A DNA stretch of 64,000 nt from Rhynchobatus australiae (lineage: Eukaryota): the NCBI GenBank assembly GCA_034780895.1, contig JAUZTB010000068.1:26823555-26887554 (forward strand). Reading direction: 5' to 3'. Shown one piece after another: positions 63,561 through 64,000 of the stretch. The notes under the pieces are model-generated. The model was not told the origin of the DNA. It saw only the letters and a list, made by a program, of their open reading frames with translations, and ran no database searches. How positions within the stretch are numbered: the first letter of the stretch is position 1; each line of letters begins with the position of its first letter. The position numbers were made by a program, and so were the translations under genes.

Positions 63561-64000
63561 GCCAGAGGCCTGTTGACAAACTGGAGTGTTGACACTTTAC
63601 AGAGGAAATGGCGCACACTCTGTTTCAGTCAAACAAGCTGCTCAGTTGTCTTTCTAACATGGATCATGTTTCTAGATATAGCACATTCTCCTTTCTCATG
63701 GTCTTTCATGATCCCAGGTATGTTGTGTGTCAAATCACCAGTGCTATCTGCTATGCCTGATGTTGTTACTATGTTGGCTTCATCATCCTCACTGAGTTTC
63801 CATTCTTATGAGTAGTAGGTTGTTGCCACGTAGGTTGTTGCCAGCTCTGTTATAATGGTTTACCAGTCTTGGTTGCTCCCAGTCACCTTCTTAGACTTTT
63901 GTTTTGCACTTCTAACTCCAGCTGCCATTCTGTGATTGAGACTAGAGTTTAATTGCTCATGTGTCTGCACATAGCTGATCATCATTCTTTGGATTTGGAT

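Overview
This window is eukaryotic non-coding DNA, not prokaryotic. The repeats (HE1-like V-SINEs, many CR1 fragments, Deu- and Meta-domain SINE relics, Penelope-like pLTR hairpins) point to a cartilaginous fish, probably a batoid (ray or sawfish); that assignment is an inference from recalled consensus sequences. It looks like a large intron or gene desert in a gappy draft assembly with many N-runs, several flanked by duplicated sequence. I recognise no intact host protein-coding gene, RNA gene or CRISPR array. The supplied ORFs are short chance ORFs, N-bridged artefacts or decayed transposon frames: CR1 ORF1/RT, Gypsy gag-pol, RTE and Harbinger transposase/Myb. The most notable signals are: (1) a family of Penelope-type inserts carrying minimal hammerhead-ribozyme cores, one with the core intact, nested inside one another; (2) a CpG-rich Helitron-like 3' end; (3) an unidentified CpG-rich insert between 27-bp direct repeats; (4) a solo LTR with intact promoter architecture; (5) V-SINEs with swapped 3' tails; and (6) transposon-poor blocks rich in PBX/MEIS, homeodomain and RFX motifs (candidate conserved enhancers). 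All family names come from pattern recognition, not database searches, and boundaries are approximate.
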